A stretch of DNA of 63,471 bases, filler included, from Pelomyxa schiedti (lineage: Eukaryota; Protista; Evosea), in assembly GCA_020536535.1 (NCBI GenBank). It is 8 parts of 8 records of this genome, joined end to end, with 100 filler letters (N's around TTAATTAATTAA, not from the genome) between each part and the next. Parts side by side here need not be neighbours in the genome. Positions count along the whole stretch, not along the records: positions 22,594 to 47,811 come from JAHLWZ010000659.1; positions 47,912 to 51,270 come from JAHLWZ010001752.1; 6 more parts are not named here. One strand, given 5' to 3'. Numbering within the stretch: position 1 is the stretch's first letter; every line of letters begins with the position of its first letter. Below the pieces are notes generated by a model. That model was not told where the DNA came from and did not search any database. It was given only the letters and a program-made list of their open reading frames with translations. The position numbers were made by a program, and so were the translations under genes. Shown piece after piece: positions 33,101 through 51,370 of this stretch.

Positions 33101-34029
33101 GCTGTCGTGGTAGCCATAGTACGTCTGCAAATCACCGAAAATGTGGTCACCTTGTGGGTTTTGCCAACCCACCATCTGTCACAATGTCAGATGGATGCGT
33201 AGGGGCAAACGGTATATTGCAGAGAAAATGTACACACCACGTTGCTGACTGGCTTGAATTGCTTTGCAATTCCATGAAGCACATGACGGAAAGTGCTGGA
33301 ATCGTTGTGCAACGGAACAGGAGAAGTGTAAGCGGACTCTGTCACTGCGTATTTCACAGCGTCTGCGATCATCGGTGGAATCGACATCTGTGTCGAGATG
33401 CTATCCACAGCCTTCTCGACCAATAAACTTCGATAAACGTTCATCTCCTAAGAGTTACAGTTATTCCAGTGGAATTACTTGGGGGTCGGGACGGGGGAGT
33501 AGTACTGTAGTCAAACAAGATGTGCAAGTGTTTGTGAGCCCCTTTAATGAGGAAACCCACAAAGTGGACATTGGAGCCAAACAAGCAATGACAATTGTGA
33601 CAACAACTGTGACAGCAGCCACAGGCACAACGACCTTGAGTGAGCATGACCCCGCCATCCCATGTCGGTTCCTATCATCATTTATTTAAAAAGGCGTATT
33701 TAGTGTATATAATTGAAAATCGATTAGATAGGGTAATAACAAATTACCAAAAACTTCACGTGGGAATACAAGTTAACAACAACACATCATAAACAGAGAG
33801 GCTTTTATATAAGAACCCACAATGGGGAAGACGAATTATCGGTGTGGTTTTGGTCGATCGGGGTTCCGATCCCAGCGAGCTGCAGGTTGTTGCCACTGTT
33901 GGCACTCATCATAGATGGCACCGACGGGGATCGTGCCAGCGACCTCGCCGTGCACGACAGGTTTGCGCCACGCTCCCCGTCGGCGACCGAACAGTCCGCC
34001 ACTTTGTTGCCGCGTCCCTTCATCATCAT
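30135..34029 (-). CDS. Receptor-type class III adenylate cyclase, tandem copy B (disrupted by assembly gap and inversion)
   Basis: Architecture: TM1 (VVVPVAAVTVVVTIVIACL), extracellular region, TM2 (LWFVLSAEIFIGILSVAVSV), HAMP-like segment, cyclase core (TVMFLDVVDF, DKYIGDAIM, RVGLHSGEVRAGNVG, NYTVLGNTVNLASRLE). Asn/His/Thr-rich tail. First exon 34029-~33813 splices in phase. Confidence 0.88.
32211..32262 (+). repeat. (GGAAA)n microsatellite in a cyclase B intron
   Basis: About 10 pentamer units. Confidence 0.9.
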
Positions 34030-34409
34030 GGGGCTGGCTGGATATTATGGGAGTGCCTAGGGCACTGGGGTGAATGAAACTTTATCGTTGTGGGTCCCCC
34101 CCTTGTTGTTTGGGGCTTTCGTTTTTCGTTAGAGAGGGGAAACGTCGAGTTTTTCGTTGCTGGAAATTGAATTTTGAATAAGCTGATGTTGCGGTGGTTT
34201 TTTGGATTTGGCGATTGGAACTCCTGGTCTTTCGTGTCTTTGAACATCAACAAGACGGCATGCACATTTCGGTTGTTGTGTATGTTGCGTGAAGTGACAT
34301 TTTCTCATTAAAGTCGAATTATTCTTTCGTGAAGGACACACGTGTGGTTGAATGAACTGGTGATGTGAGCAGTTGGACTTTTGTTGGTTTGGGCAATTAG
34401 GTGTTAGTG

Positions 34410-37400
34410 TTATAGCTTGAGTTGTTGGAATTGAGTGATGTTGTTGTTGGAGGTGTTGTTGACAAAGAGTTGCCTGGATTGGGCAACGGCATGATCCTCA
34501 GGGTGCCTATCGAGGTAGGTCTCCATGGCATCAGTGACTACACACGGGGTGAATGCGGCAGTGCCGGACCGGCTGTTGTATAACATCCGGTCAATGCCCG
34601 AATAGTCTTGTATAATTTGCTGCTCTTGGGGAGTCAATCTGGTTGGAAGAAAGTCAGTTTTGGAGTGCCGCGGTACATTCACATTAACACCATAAACAAA
34701 AACAGGTAAAAAGAATAGAAAGCGGAAGAGAAAAGGTACTTTGAGGTGAAACCAAGAAATTCGTGGACAAGGACTGGTTTCTGGAATCCGCGAACCTTGG
34801 GAAGGTATTGAGTCGTTGTGAGGTCAGAGTCAAACTTACTTGAATGTGGCCAAGGGCACGCCACGAGAAGGTGTCATCTTTGGCTGCATCTCGAATACTG
34901 TCAGACACAAGAACCGCAGTGGAGAGTTCCTTGTTGAGGGGTTCCAACCTGCTGGCCAAGTTCACGGTGTTGCCTAGAATTTTGGTTAGACCACTGAGTG
35001 ATACAACGAGAAAAAACCTAAAACTGTGTAGTTGAGCCTCTGGCTCGATCTAGGAATACATTTAGTCACTAGAATTGATTGGAAGGGAAATATTACCCAA
35101 CATTTCCTGCTCTCACCTCCCCAGAATGAAGCTGTAAAAAATCAGTATACTTAATGAAACCGGTGGTGGATACCCCAACACGGATGTGCATTTCCGGAAT
35201 ATTTTTTACTTGGAAAATGGAGTTCAGCCTGGCCAATTCAGCCAAAATCTCGGCAACTGCCTTGCATGCATGCATTTCAGAATTGTGGTCAGTGACTGGA
35301 CATCCCCACAGAGCCTGAAATGAAAATATTAGAAAAGAAAGCAAGAGAATGGAGGCAAAGGTACCATGATGGCATCTCCAATGTACTGTGTTTGCGTCAG
35401 AATAGGGAGGCAAAAGTGAGGGAATACCTTGTCAATGCAACCGGAGTTCTTTGTTATGATTGTCGAGAATGACTCGAACATTGTCGAAAGAACTTCAATG
35501 ATGGACTGTGCTCCATATTGCTCCATGTGCCGCGTCTTGTGGATGAATGTGAAAAGGCAACTAACACTATATTAGGGTACTCACGAAATCAACGACATCC
35601 AAGAACATCACGGTGCAATGCATGGTGCTCACTCCAACGATTGGTTTCAGCCGGTTTTTGCACAAGTATCTAACAATATTGATTAAGGTTGGTTTATCCT
35701 GCAGAGTGTATGAATAACCTCACGACTTCTGTGGGCACATATCTGTGGTTGTGGGTGAGGACATTTGTTGTGAGTCAAAAAATACACACTGGCTGAACGA
35801 CTCCAAGGCAGATTGCATTATTGTTACTTCAGAGTTCAGCTATTGGAGTTGTGAGCCACAAAGAATAGAATTATCTGAAATACCGAATCAATCTCTTTCA
35901 ACAAACTTCTCTTGAGTGAGTTGTTACTCTCGGATCTGGTACATAGTGAGGAATGAACCAGTTATTAGTTTCATTTTCTTTACCTGGAGAGTTTACCACT
36001 TGAAACCGTCTGAAGTTTCCTGATCACATCATCGAGAGCCCTCGCAAGAACAACAGAGAGCGTGACACTGACTGCCACCGATAGAATTCCAATGAAAATC
36101 TCCGCACTGAGAACGAACCAGAGTGAGAAATACGCATCATCCACTGCATTGTCTTGTTTCTCTTGAATCTCAAACATGAAGTCCTAGAGGAAGAAAAACA
36201 GTGAGAGGAGAAAAAAAAATAAGGAGGAGGAACAGGGGCAAACACCTTTTCAGGAGTGATGAGGAACGACCACAACACAAGACCACCATCAGCAGTGATC
36301 GGAACCACATCGACATAACACAGTCCCTGCTCCTCTGTGTGCATCGTGAAGTGACTCTCGGCAGGAGAATTGCCTGTCAGATTCATCCACTGTGAACACC
36401 CCCCCCCGCCAGTCAGCGCACAAAAACTGTTGAAAAAAAGAAGAAGGAAACAAACCATGAGAGATGCATCTCTGAGTGTGGCATTCGAACAGTTCGTGGC
36501 GTAAACATCTCCACCAGCTGAATTCAGGATCGGAATCCCCACTGTCGCTGCGATCACCTTGAGGCTCTTCTCAGCCAAGAACGCCAGTCCGTTTTGCGTC
36601 AGGTTGAAGTTCAAGAAGAACCGCTGAAGGGAGGCCATTGTGTAAGTCACTTGGATCACTGTTGGAACCGAGAAGGGTGCCCTGATTGTGTATCCGAGGA
36701 CAGTTCCCTCTGCTGGGTTTGCTGATTTATACACTGCTGTCCATGAGCCAGCCCACGCCGTTATGCCGGTTTTCCTTTTTGTTGAATTTCCCATTAATGG
36801 CAAAATAATGGAGTTTGTACGATACCACCAATCTCTGCGCGTGAGATTCACAGGAACATCAGCTCCCTTCTTGGTTCCATTCAACCAGAAAAAGGAAATC
36901 GTGGGCGCAATGCTGCTGTCGTGGTAGCCATAGTACGTCTGCAAATCACCGAAAATGTGGTCACCTTGTGGGTTTTGCCAACCCACCATCTGTCACAATG
37001 TCAGATGGATGCGTAGGGGCAAACGGTATATTGCAGAGAAAATGTACACACCACGTTGCTGACTGGCTTGAATTGCTTTGCAATTCCATGAAGCACATGA
37101 CGGAAAGTGCTGGAATCGTTGTGCAACGGAACAGGAGAAGTGTAAGCGGACTCTGTCACTGCGTATTTCACAGCGTCTGCGATCATCGGTGGAATCGACA
37201 TCTGTGTCGAGATGCTATCCACAGCCTTCTCGACTAATAGGTTCCTATATACATTCATTTCCTGGCATATATTAGCAAGACTTGATCAACCTGAAAGGGT
37301 GCATACCGTAGTCAAACAAGATGTGCAAGTGTTTGTGAGTCCCTGAAGAGAGGTCACCCACAGGGACGCCATTGGAGCCAAACAAGCAATGACAATTGTG

Positions 37401-37808
37401 ACAACAACTGTGACAGCAGCCACAGGCACAACGACCTTGAGTGAGCATGACCCCGCCATCCCGTGTCGGTTTCTGTTATCGCCAATCAATAACTCATCAA
37501 TGTAACAAAATCCAGTAAAATAAAGGAACTAAAATAAAAAAAAACAGTACAGTACGTAGAGACTATACTACAATACCACACTACATATAAAATACAGGAT
37601 TCTGTGATAATACACACATGTTGCTTGGGATGAGCCTTGCGGATGATTGGTCTATGGGTGTCCCAATACCATACAAACATATACTGCTGGCACTGACCCC
37701 AGATACAGACGCTGGTAATTCCTTGTCATCATCACACTGTTGTTCGGGCCCAACTTTGTTCCTACCAACGTGATGATGTTGTTGATGTCCCTCTGAAGTC
37801 GTGGTCAT
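34410..37808 (-). CDS. Receptor-type class III adenylate cyclase, tandem copy A
   Basis: Same architecture and catalytic motifs as copy B (FLDVVDF, DKYIGDAIM, NLASRLE). First exon MTTTSEG...GIGTPIDQ...IPSN splices in phase to NRHGMAGSCSLKVV. Shorter C-terminal tail. Confidence 0.9.
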
Positions 37809-38104
37809 GTTGTTGTTGATAATAATATAACTCAAATATCCACACCGACAGTGTCAGTTATCTGCAGGTGGGAGGTTACACCAGCAACAAACAAAGTTAT
37901 GGGTTTGGGTATTGGGTGGTAACGTGCCTGCCACGACAAATTGTTGTTTTGTTTTTTGTTAGTTGGTTGCAAAAAAACCACAACAATAAAAGCGTACGGA
38001 CTTCGTGGTGTGTTGCATTGATGTCGAGACAGAATCTCATATCAAGGTCTTTGATCAGTTACGTGAATATCGCTTGATGTTTCGCGTTGGGACACCTAGG
38101 GTTT

Positions 38105-39137
38105 TTACGAGTATGATAGAGAAAAATTTCTCTTCGTTGGTGTGTTGAACAGGACAGGGGGAAGAAAGCAAGAACAAACAACAACGAGGGGTATTACAAG
38201 GGGGCAGAAAGGAAGCAGAGTAGGGTGCTTGGATAGTGGATTTCTATTATTGCGATGATTACCAGACAGTGTGTGGGCGCTCGAGGGCGAAGGTAACGCG
38301 CCAGCGTTTGTGGGATGGGCGGACAAGGCGGTGTGGGAGTGGGAACTTGAGTTTCGATGGGTTCTGCGGTGGGTGGTTTTGTGGTTAGGATTGCCGGAAA
38401 TAACAATGCGGGAGGGTAAGCGCTTACCATGAATTGCTGTGTGGACTTGCGTCTGACTTCGGTTGGCTTGAGAACCTTGATCTCGAGGACTTGAATGTCC
38501 CATGGTTTAACGCGGTACTTGGAAGCAACATCGTTAACTGTTGTGTTGTAAATTGGCATTCTTTCATTCTAAATAGTCTTTACTTAATTAAAAATATTTA
38601 AAGATAGCAAAAAGTCTATGTTTGGAATGCATACACATATGTTGAACGGCCTCACACCTTGTTGTGTCTCTGTACTCCTTGTAGATGTTGTGGGTGGAAA
38701 GTGCGCTGTTGTAGCGGGCGAGGATTCCGTAATTCTTGACGGATTGTCCTTTTTTCTCCCTGACCTTGGCAGGGTTAGACCCGTGCCAACGAGAGTTTCA
38801 AGGTAAAACTAGCAAAACTCACCTCGTGCAGCGCAAGAATTTCTCCGTGAGTGCGCTTAACCTTCCTCATTCTGGAAATGTAATACCAGAACCGGTTGCG
38901 AGCAATGACTCTGTCCTTGGCGAAAATGGTCATGCGGTAGACCTGAAAGTGTGAGACATAGAAGTACACAGTAAAAACGTTATAAACCTTGGGGTTAGGA
39001 TCCTTGTCATCAGGAATGCGTCTCCCAAAAATAACCCACTCACGGTACTGGAAAAAAACCAACGTTGGTGAGTTTATTTCTAGGGAGTGAGAGTCGTGTT
39101 TTTGTTTGTTTTCGCTCGAAAATCGCGTTTGCGACAT
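38105..39137 (-). CDS. RPL18A: 60S ribosomal protein eL20 (L18a), multi-exon
   Basis: YREWVIFGRRIP, VYRMTIFAKDRVIARNRFWYYISRMRKVKRTHGEIL, KNYGILARYNSA...HNIYKEYRD, ASKYRVK..DIQVLEI, RRKSTQQF. Confidence 0.93.
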
Positions 39138-39537
39138 AGTGTGTCGCAAAAGCGTTGTTGCCACAAAACCACCATCGCACCATTTCAAGATCTACTCTCC
39201 TCTACTGAAAAAAAAACCGCGGTGTTGCGTGGTCCACCACCAAAAGGCACGTAAAGAAATCAAATTAAAGAAAAAAAATAAGAAACGAAAACAACTGAGC
39301 CAGATCTGGTCTACATCATTCGTGCAACTCCGATAGAAAATTAGAACAAATCCTCAGTCCCCTCAGGTTCCCCTTAAGGCATTAGTTACCAGCCAAGTGA
39401 ACCAAGTGCTCCACGGAGATGCCAAAGGAAATATGACAAGTCAAGCTTACTTCCCCGGACGATGACGAAAAACAAGTTCGGAGATCTCGTTGGCATAACA
39501 GAAAACAAATAATACACAAGGTAGAGAGCAACGAGAC
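39138..39537. promoter_or_regulatory. Putative bidirectional promoter (eL20 / Rpt2, head-to-head)
   Basis: ~400 bp between divergent ATGs of two housekeeping genes. Confidence 0.5.
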
Positions 39538-41307
<1,770 letters not shown>

Positions 41308-41453
41308 TCCTCCCAATTACCAACAATAAATATTTGGAACAATGCTTCTTTCCAGTTTGTTTTTGGTTTTTCATGCAATACAATTTTTTTAGAAGTAAGC
41401 TGTTAGTGTGGTGACATAGGGCAAAAATAATCACGAGGGTGTTTGGGGAGGTC

Positions 41454-42669
41454 TCAGTGTTTGTTGTTGTTATTGTTGTTGGGCTCCTTCTTCTTGACGA
41501 ATAGCTTGTCACAGTACATGTAGGAGTAGTACCAGGCCACACTGGAAACCACACTGCGTAGCATGCGGATGTGTAGTGCCGGGAACAGTGCTCTGGCTCC
41601 TCCTGAGGCAACAACATCTATTGTTGTTGGTTAGTTGTGCTATTTTGGCTGTGCGCTTTATTGCGGTTGTGTTTGTTGGGAGTACACACTTCTGGCGGCA
41701 GCGACGGCGCTAATCTTGACGGGAGACTTTTGTACAGCGGACTTAACAACCTCGAATGGGAGTGTGGCGGCAGTAGCTGTGCAGCTAACAGCGGTGCTGG
41801 ATAGGAATATTGTCTTGGACTCAGAGAAGCCCTTGGATTTCAGGTAATTGCTTGCAATTGGGGAGGCACCAGTCCAGACAACGGCACTAACCTAGGGAAA
41901 CGTGTTTAGGATACACTCAGCTATCGCGGGTATAGTAGACATACTGTCTCGCGAGCAAGTAGTGGTATGAACCCCTTCCACAAGGATTTTATACCTACAC
42001 CATTGCCAACGCGAACACCAGAAAGAATGTTCTCCAGGGCACAAAGTGGTACGGCACACAAGGCGTTGGCACCAATTCCACAGGCAATACGTCGGGATAG
42101 AGGCAAATGGTGAGGGCTAATACCAATACTGTTTGCGTATGTCTGGTGCACTGATAAGTGGATAATACATTGAAGAGAAGTAAAGTACTTTCATGATTGT
42201 TGACTTGGTGAAAAGCTGGAATCCCACGAAAGGAGCAAAAACAGTAACTGAAGTGGAGTAGCCGGCATACCAGTCTTTTGGGTTTTTGCTCATTTTCTTG
42301 TGGTGGCTTGCAGCTACTCTTAAATTACTGTGGAAAGGGTTAAGCATAATCACAATTGTTGGGAATTAGAAAAACACACTGTACAGGTTGCCCCAGAAAT
42401 GATGCGTCCACAATTGTGGCAGTAAAACCACGCAAGGCATCGTACCATGGTACAGACACACCGGCCGGCACGATTTGCATTCTTTTTAACAGTGAAGGGG
42501 TCCCTATAACAACAATTCCCTCAGTACAAAGGAAAAAATCCACAACTCGCCAATGACGCCACTACTACAAATGCGAATCTAGCTCACCACAACATGGAGA
42601 TCTGGCCCCCGGATTTGCGACACTGGCAGCGACCACACCCGACTTCGACTTGACGTCGTCGTGCTTCAT
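41454..42669 (-). CDS. Mitochondrial carrier family (SLC25-like) protein with degenerate signature motifs
   Basis: Tripartite pattern. Repeat 1: GQPVHNLRV ... WYAGYSTSVTVFAPFVGFQLF. Repeat 2: ACGIGANALCAVPLCALENI ... GIKSLWKGFIPLLARE. Repeat 3: TLPFEVVKSAVQ ... GGARALFPALHIRMLRSVVSSVAWYYSY. The 5' exon boundaries are uncertain. Confidence 0.7.
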
Positions 42670-42892
42670 CTTTTTCCTTTTTTTTTTTTTGTTGTTTGTT
42701 GTTAATTTACGTGATGAGCCGCCTCAGCAGCATCTGCGAACCAAAACAAACAAAAAAATAGAGAACAATGGAACACAAGAACATCAAATGCAATAAAACC
42801 CACGAGTTCTATCTCGTTTCTATCTATCTTCACTGTGGTTGATGAAGACTGAATTCAATATTCAATTCCATTCCATTCCAGACCCCCAAGAA

Positions 42893-47622
<4,730 letters not shown>

Positions 47623-47693
47623 GAAAAAAAAAAAAGTCAACGACACAGTATTTTGTACCGCAACAACCCGCAACCCATTCTCCCACAATAAAT

Positions 47694-47811
47694 AACAAAC
47701 AAACAAACAAACAAACAAACAAACAAACAAACAAACAAACAAACAAACAAACAAACAAACAAACAAACAAACAAACAAACAAACAAACAAACAAACAAAC
47801 AAACAAACAAA
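47694..47811 (+). repeat. (CAAA)n microsatellite, ~29 units, at scaffold end
   Basis: Seen directly. Confidence 0.97.
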
Positions 47812-47911
47812 NNNNNNNNNNNNNNNNNNNNNNNNNNNNNNNNNNNNNNNNNNNNTTAATTAATTAANNNNNNNNNNNNNNNNNNNNNNNNNNNNNNNNN
47901 NNNNNNNNNNN
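47812..47911. other. Artificial scaffold linker
   Basis: N44-TTAATTAATTAA-N44. Confidence 0.97.
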
Positions 47912-49114
47912 AGTGGTTGAAGAGAAAGGAAGGAATGCAAAACCGCCTCTTCATACTGTGCTGAAAGTTGTTTCTTCAGAGAGTCAACTTGCTGTGTGTG
48001 TGTTTCATTTAAATCAAATTAGACTTAGTAAAACCGTGAAAAGTACTTGACACACCTCTTCATAATGTTCCCTTTCTTCACGGAGCTGTTCTTCCAAGGC
48101 GTGCACTGTTGCAACCAATGTTTCAACCTCTTCTTGTTGCTGAACTGCATTGATCCTCCCATTGCTTCTAACTGAAGACGATGAGAGGATATCTGCAGCA
48201 CCCTTGTGACCAAGCTTGGCAGCCATCACAAACCAGTGGTGTGACTGCTCCGCGTCACAATAAACACCAACACCATCCCTGAGACATACACCGAGGTGAA
48301 ACATTGAAACAGGATCACCAGCATCGGCACCCATCTGAAAATATCCAACAGCAGCCCTCTTGTCTGTTGGTGCTCCACAGTCTCCCCTTTGACAATACTC
48401 TCCAAGTTCCCCAAGTGCCTCCACACCATCCCATTGTGTGCACTTTGCCTCGTTGAACAACTCACGAGCCTTGTTGGGGTCCAGTACAACCCCAATGCCC
48501 CTTTCATGACAATACCCAAGGAACACCTTGTCCTGCAAACCGAAAGACCCTGCAGCAGCACCAGTGAGTAGTTGCACACCCTTTGCCACGTCCCTTCCCA
48601 CGCCACACCCCCACAAGTAACACCACCCAAGGTGCGCCTGTGCATCACCACCTGTACCACCCTGCCGGAAGAGCTCCACGGCCCTGGCCCAGTCCCTCTG
48701 CACCCCCTCGCCACGCAGATAGCACACACCAAGCCGCCACGAGTGCCACTTGTGCTTGGCGATTGCCGCAGTGTAGAGCGACACGGCCCACGGTCGGTCA
48801 CACTCCACGCCCACGCCGCGCTGGTAGCACCTGCCAAGCCGCGCCATTGCACTGCTGCAGTCGTGGCGCAGGTCGGCAGCCACGGCCGCGGCCCATGCGG
48901 ACACTGCCTTGTCTGTGTCGCGGTTGGACCCGTCGCGGTCGCCGTTGTAGCAGTCACACCCGAGTTCGAACAGCCCCTGCACATTGTGCGCCTTGCGGAA
49001 CCAGTAAAGTGCCAGCTCGAGGTCCTTGTCGGGAGAATGGGTGTCGTTCTGTACCAGGTTGAGGGAAAAACAGAGTGTTTTGTTTTCGAGTAATTTGTTT
49101 GTCTTTGGATCCAA
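47912..49114 (-). CDS. Sel1-like repeat (SLR) protein region, 3'-partial
   Basis: About seven Sel1 repeats (AMARLGRCYQRGVGVECD, LGVCYLRGEGVQRDWARAVELF, SMFHLGVCLRDGVGV...WFVMAAKLG) followed by a coiled coil. A further exon runs to the scaffold edge. No clear ATG. Confidence 0.88.
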
Positions 49115-49126
49115 AGATGAGAGTGC

Positions 49127-51270
49127 TCAGAGTTTGCCATTGGATGTTGATTCTGGAGTGAGTGCTAAGATGGCATCTGCAGCTGAGAGCCTGGCAGCCT
49201 TGTCAGGGTTCATCATCCTGATCATCACCGACCCCACCAACACAGCAACAGGGTTTTCCGCACCATCGTTGTTGTTCTGAGTGGCCTCCTCTCGTGATGT
49301 CACTACTGCTGAAACTGTTGTTGTTTGAGTTGGCAGTGGTGATGGCGTGGGTGGTGCCGTTTGTGGCAGTGTTGCTGAGGAAAACAGTGAAGGGAAGGCG
49401 CGTGAAAGGAATGACTTCTGTGGCACAACTGCAGGCTCTGTTGCTTGTTGTAGTTGTGGTTGTGCTGGCATCATAGATGAGAACAAAGGAACAGGGAACT
49501 CACGAAGGAGTTTCTGGGTGTTGAACGTGCTCATGTCGTTGTTCATTGAGCTCCCAATGAACTTATGGTCAGGTGGCAGAAGAGCATTCCAGAAAGTGAG
49601 TGCAAGAGCAAAGGAGTCACACTTGGAGAATGAAAACACACCACTGAACCTCGTGCTCCTGGAGAGGAGCATGCTCAGCTCTGGGGGGATGGAGCCTGTG
49701 TTGCCCCATGGCTGTGATGTGGCTGACATGGTCATCTCCATGTTTGGGCAGTGCTGAGCCTCCCCAAAGTCTATCAGTGTGAGTTTGCCATTCTCTGGCT
49801 CGACAAGAATGTTGTCTCCCTTGATGTCCCTGTGTTTGTTAGATTTATTTGAAACTATGTGGAGTTGGAACAAACCTGTGAACAACGAAGTGTGACTCAA
49901 TGTGAGAGATAGCCTTGAGTGCTTGAACAAACAGATTCTGTGCATCTTGGAGTGTTATCCATTTCGTAGATGAGGAGAGGAATGATGACAGCGTGCTCCC
50001 ACAATGGGGCATCAGGATGGCCAATGATTTGTTGTTGCAAAGTTCCTCCCTGAAATACTTTTTATCACTTGGTATTTTGTCCACAAACTCAGGTGGAAGG
50101 CTGTCTCGTTGTCAGTGGATAATTGCAAGTAAGGAAGAACGAAAATACCAAGGGATGACCAAGGCACCAAGAGGGTGGATCACATTTGGGTGATTTGGAA
50201 CCAATGAGAGGACAACAAGCTCAGCCATGTATTTTTGCCTCACTAATGTGTGCTCAGGTGTGTTCTCCCAGTTGAAAATGATCTTCATCACCATGTCTGT
50301 GGCTGTTTTTGGAGTAGTTGTGCCATGGTGGTTGTTGAATTGCACTTTGAAGACAGCTGCGTTGGAACCAGTGCCAAGCAGTTTCTCCACACGAAAATCA
50401 CGAATATTGGCTGGAATCAGTGATATCATGGTGTTCAAAACAGCCTGAATGGTTGAATAGGTACCAAAAGGAGGGGCAGAGACACACCATGGATCTTGTG
50501 GACTTCACAACCTCTTCTTGAAGCTCTTTTCTTAGATTTTCCACTGAAATTCTTTCCTGCCAAAGTGTTGCTTCTGTGGTCTTGACACAGCTCTCAAGAC
50601 TTTCCTTTTCTTTCAGCAACTGGAAAAAACAAAATAGGGGGTATCTTCAAAGATCTTTGCCACTCATTGACTGATGTACCTCATCATTCTTCCTTGTCAT
50701 TTCCTCCCAGAATTCCTTGTTTCATTATAACTCAAAATTATGTAAAAATCCACACCTCCAAATTAACAACAGCTTGATGTTCCTTGGAACTTTAAGTTAG
50801 CAGTTGAAAAAATCTGTGTGAACCTCTGTTTTCGCTTTTTCTAGCTGAGCCACTTGTTTGAGAGACTCAAGGTGCTATGTTTTTCAATTTTTTTAAGGTT
50901 GAACCTGACACACCTCTTGTTCCCTTGCGTCAAGGAGCTGTTCTTTCAAGGTAATTTCTTGCACCAGGATCTTATTCTGAGATTTGAGACAAGTCACTTC
51001 TTTTCTGTGTGGTTATTGGTTTGGAAACTATGTTGTTTTCAACCTGATAAAGCTTCTGTGAGTTTCCTCAAATTTTCAGCAGTTTCTCCCTGCTTGTGTG
51101 TTATTTCAGAGTTTACAGAACAAGAGAGCAGTGGTACATACATGGGTCTGTTCTTCAAGGAGCTGTTCTTTCAAGGATTCAACTTGTTTTTTCAATGTTT
51201 CAATGATGATGTCTTGTTGTTTCACTGCAGAGCTACTTCTCAGAGAAGCAATCTCAGAGAGGATATTTGA
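49127..51270 (-). CDS. Ser/Thr protein kinase (PINK1-like motif pattern) with N-terminal coiled coil, 5'-partial
   Basis: LLGTGSNAAVF, VMKIIFNW, HPNVIHPLG, LAILMPHCG, H|RDIKGDNILVE, LIDFGEA, WGNTGSIPPEL, FSKCDSFAL, MMNPDKAARLS. The coiled-coil exon 50398-50619 splices to the kinase exon. Confidence 0.9.
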
Positions 51271-51370
51271 NNNNNNNNNNNNNNNNNNNNNNNNNNNNNN
51301 NNNNNNNNNNNNNNTTAATTAATTAANNNNNNNNNNNNNNNNNNNNNNNNNNNNNNNNNNNNNNNNNNNN
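51271..51370. other. Artificial scaffold linker
   Basis: N44-TTAATTAATTAA-N44. Confidence 0.97.
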
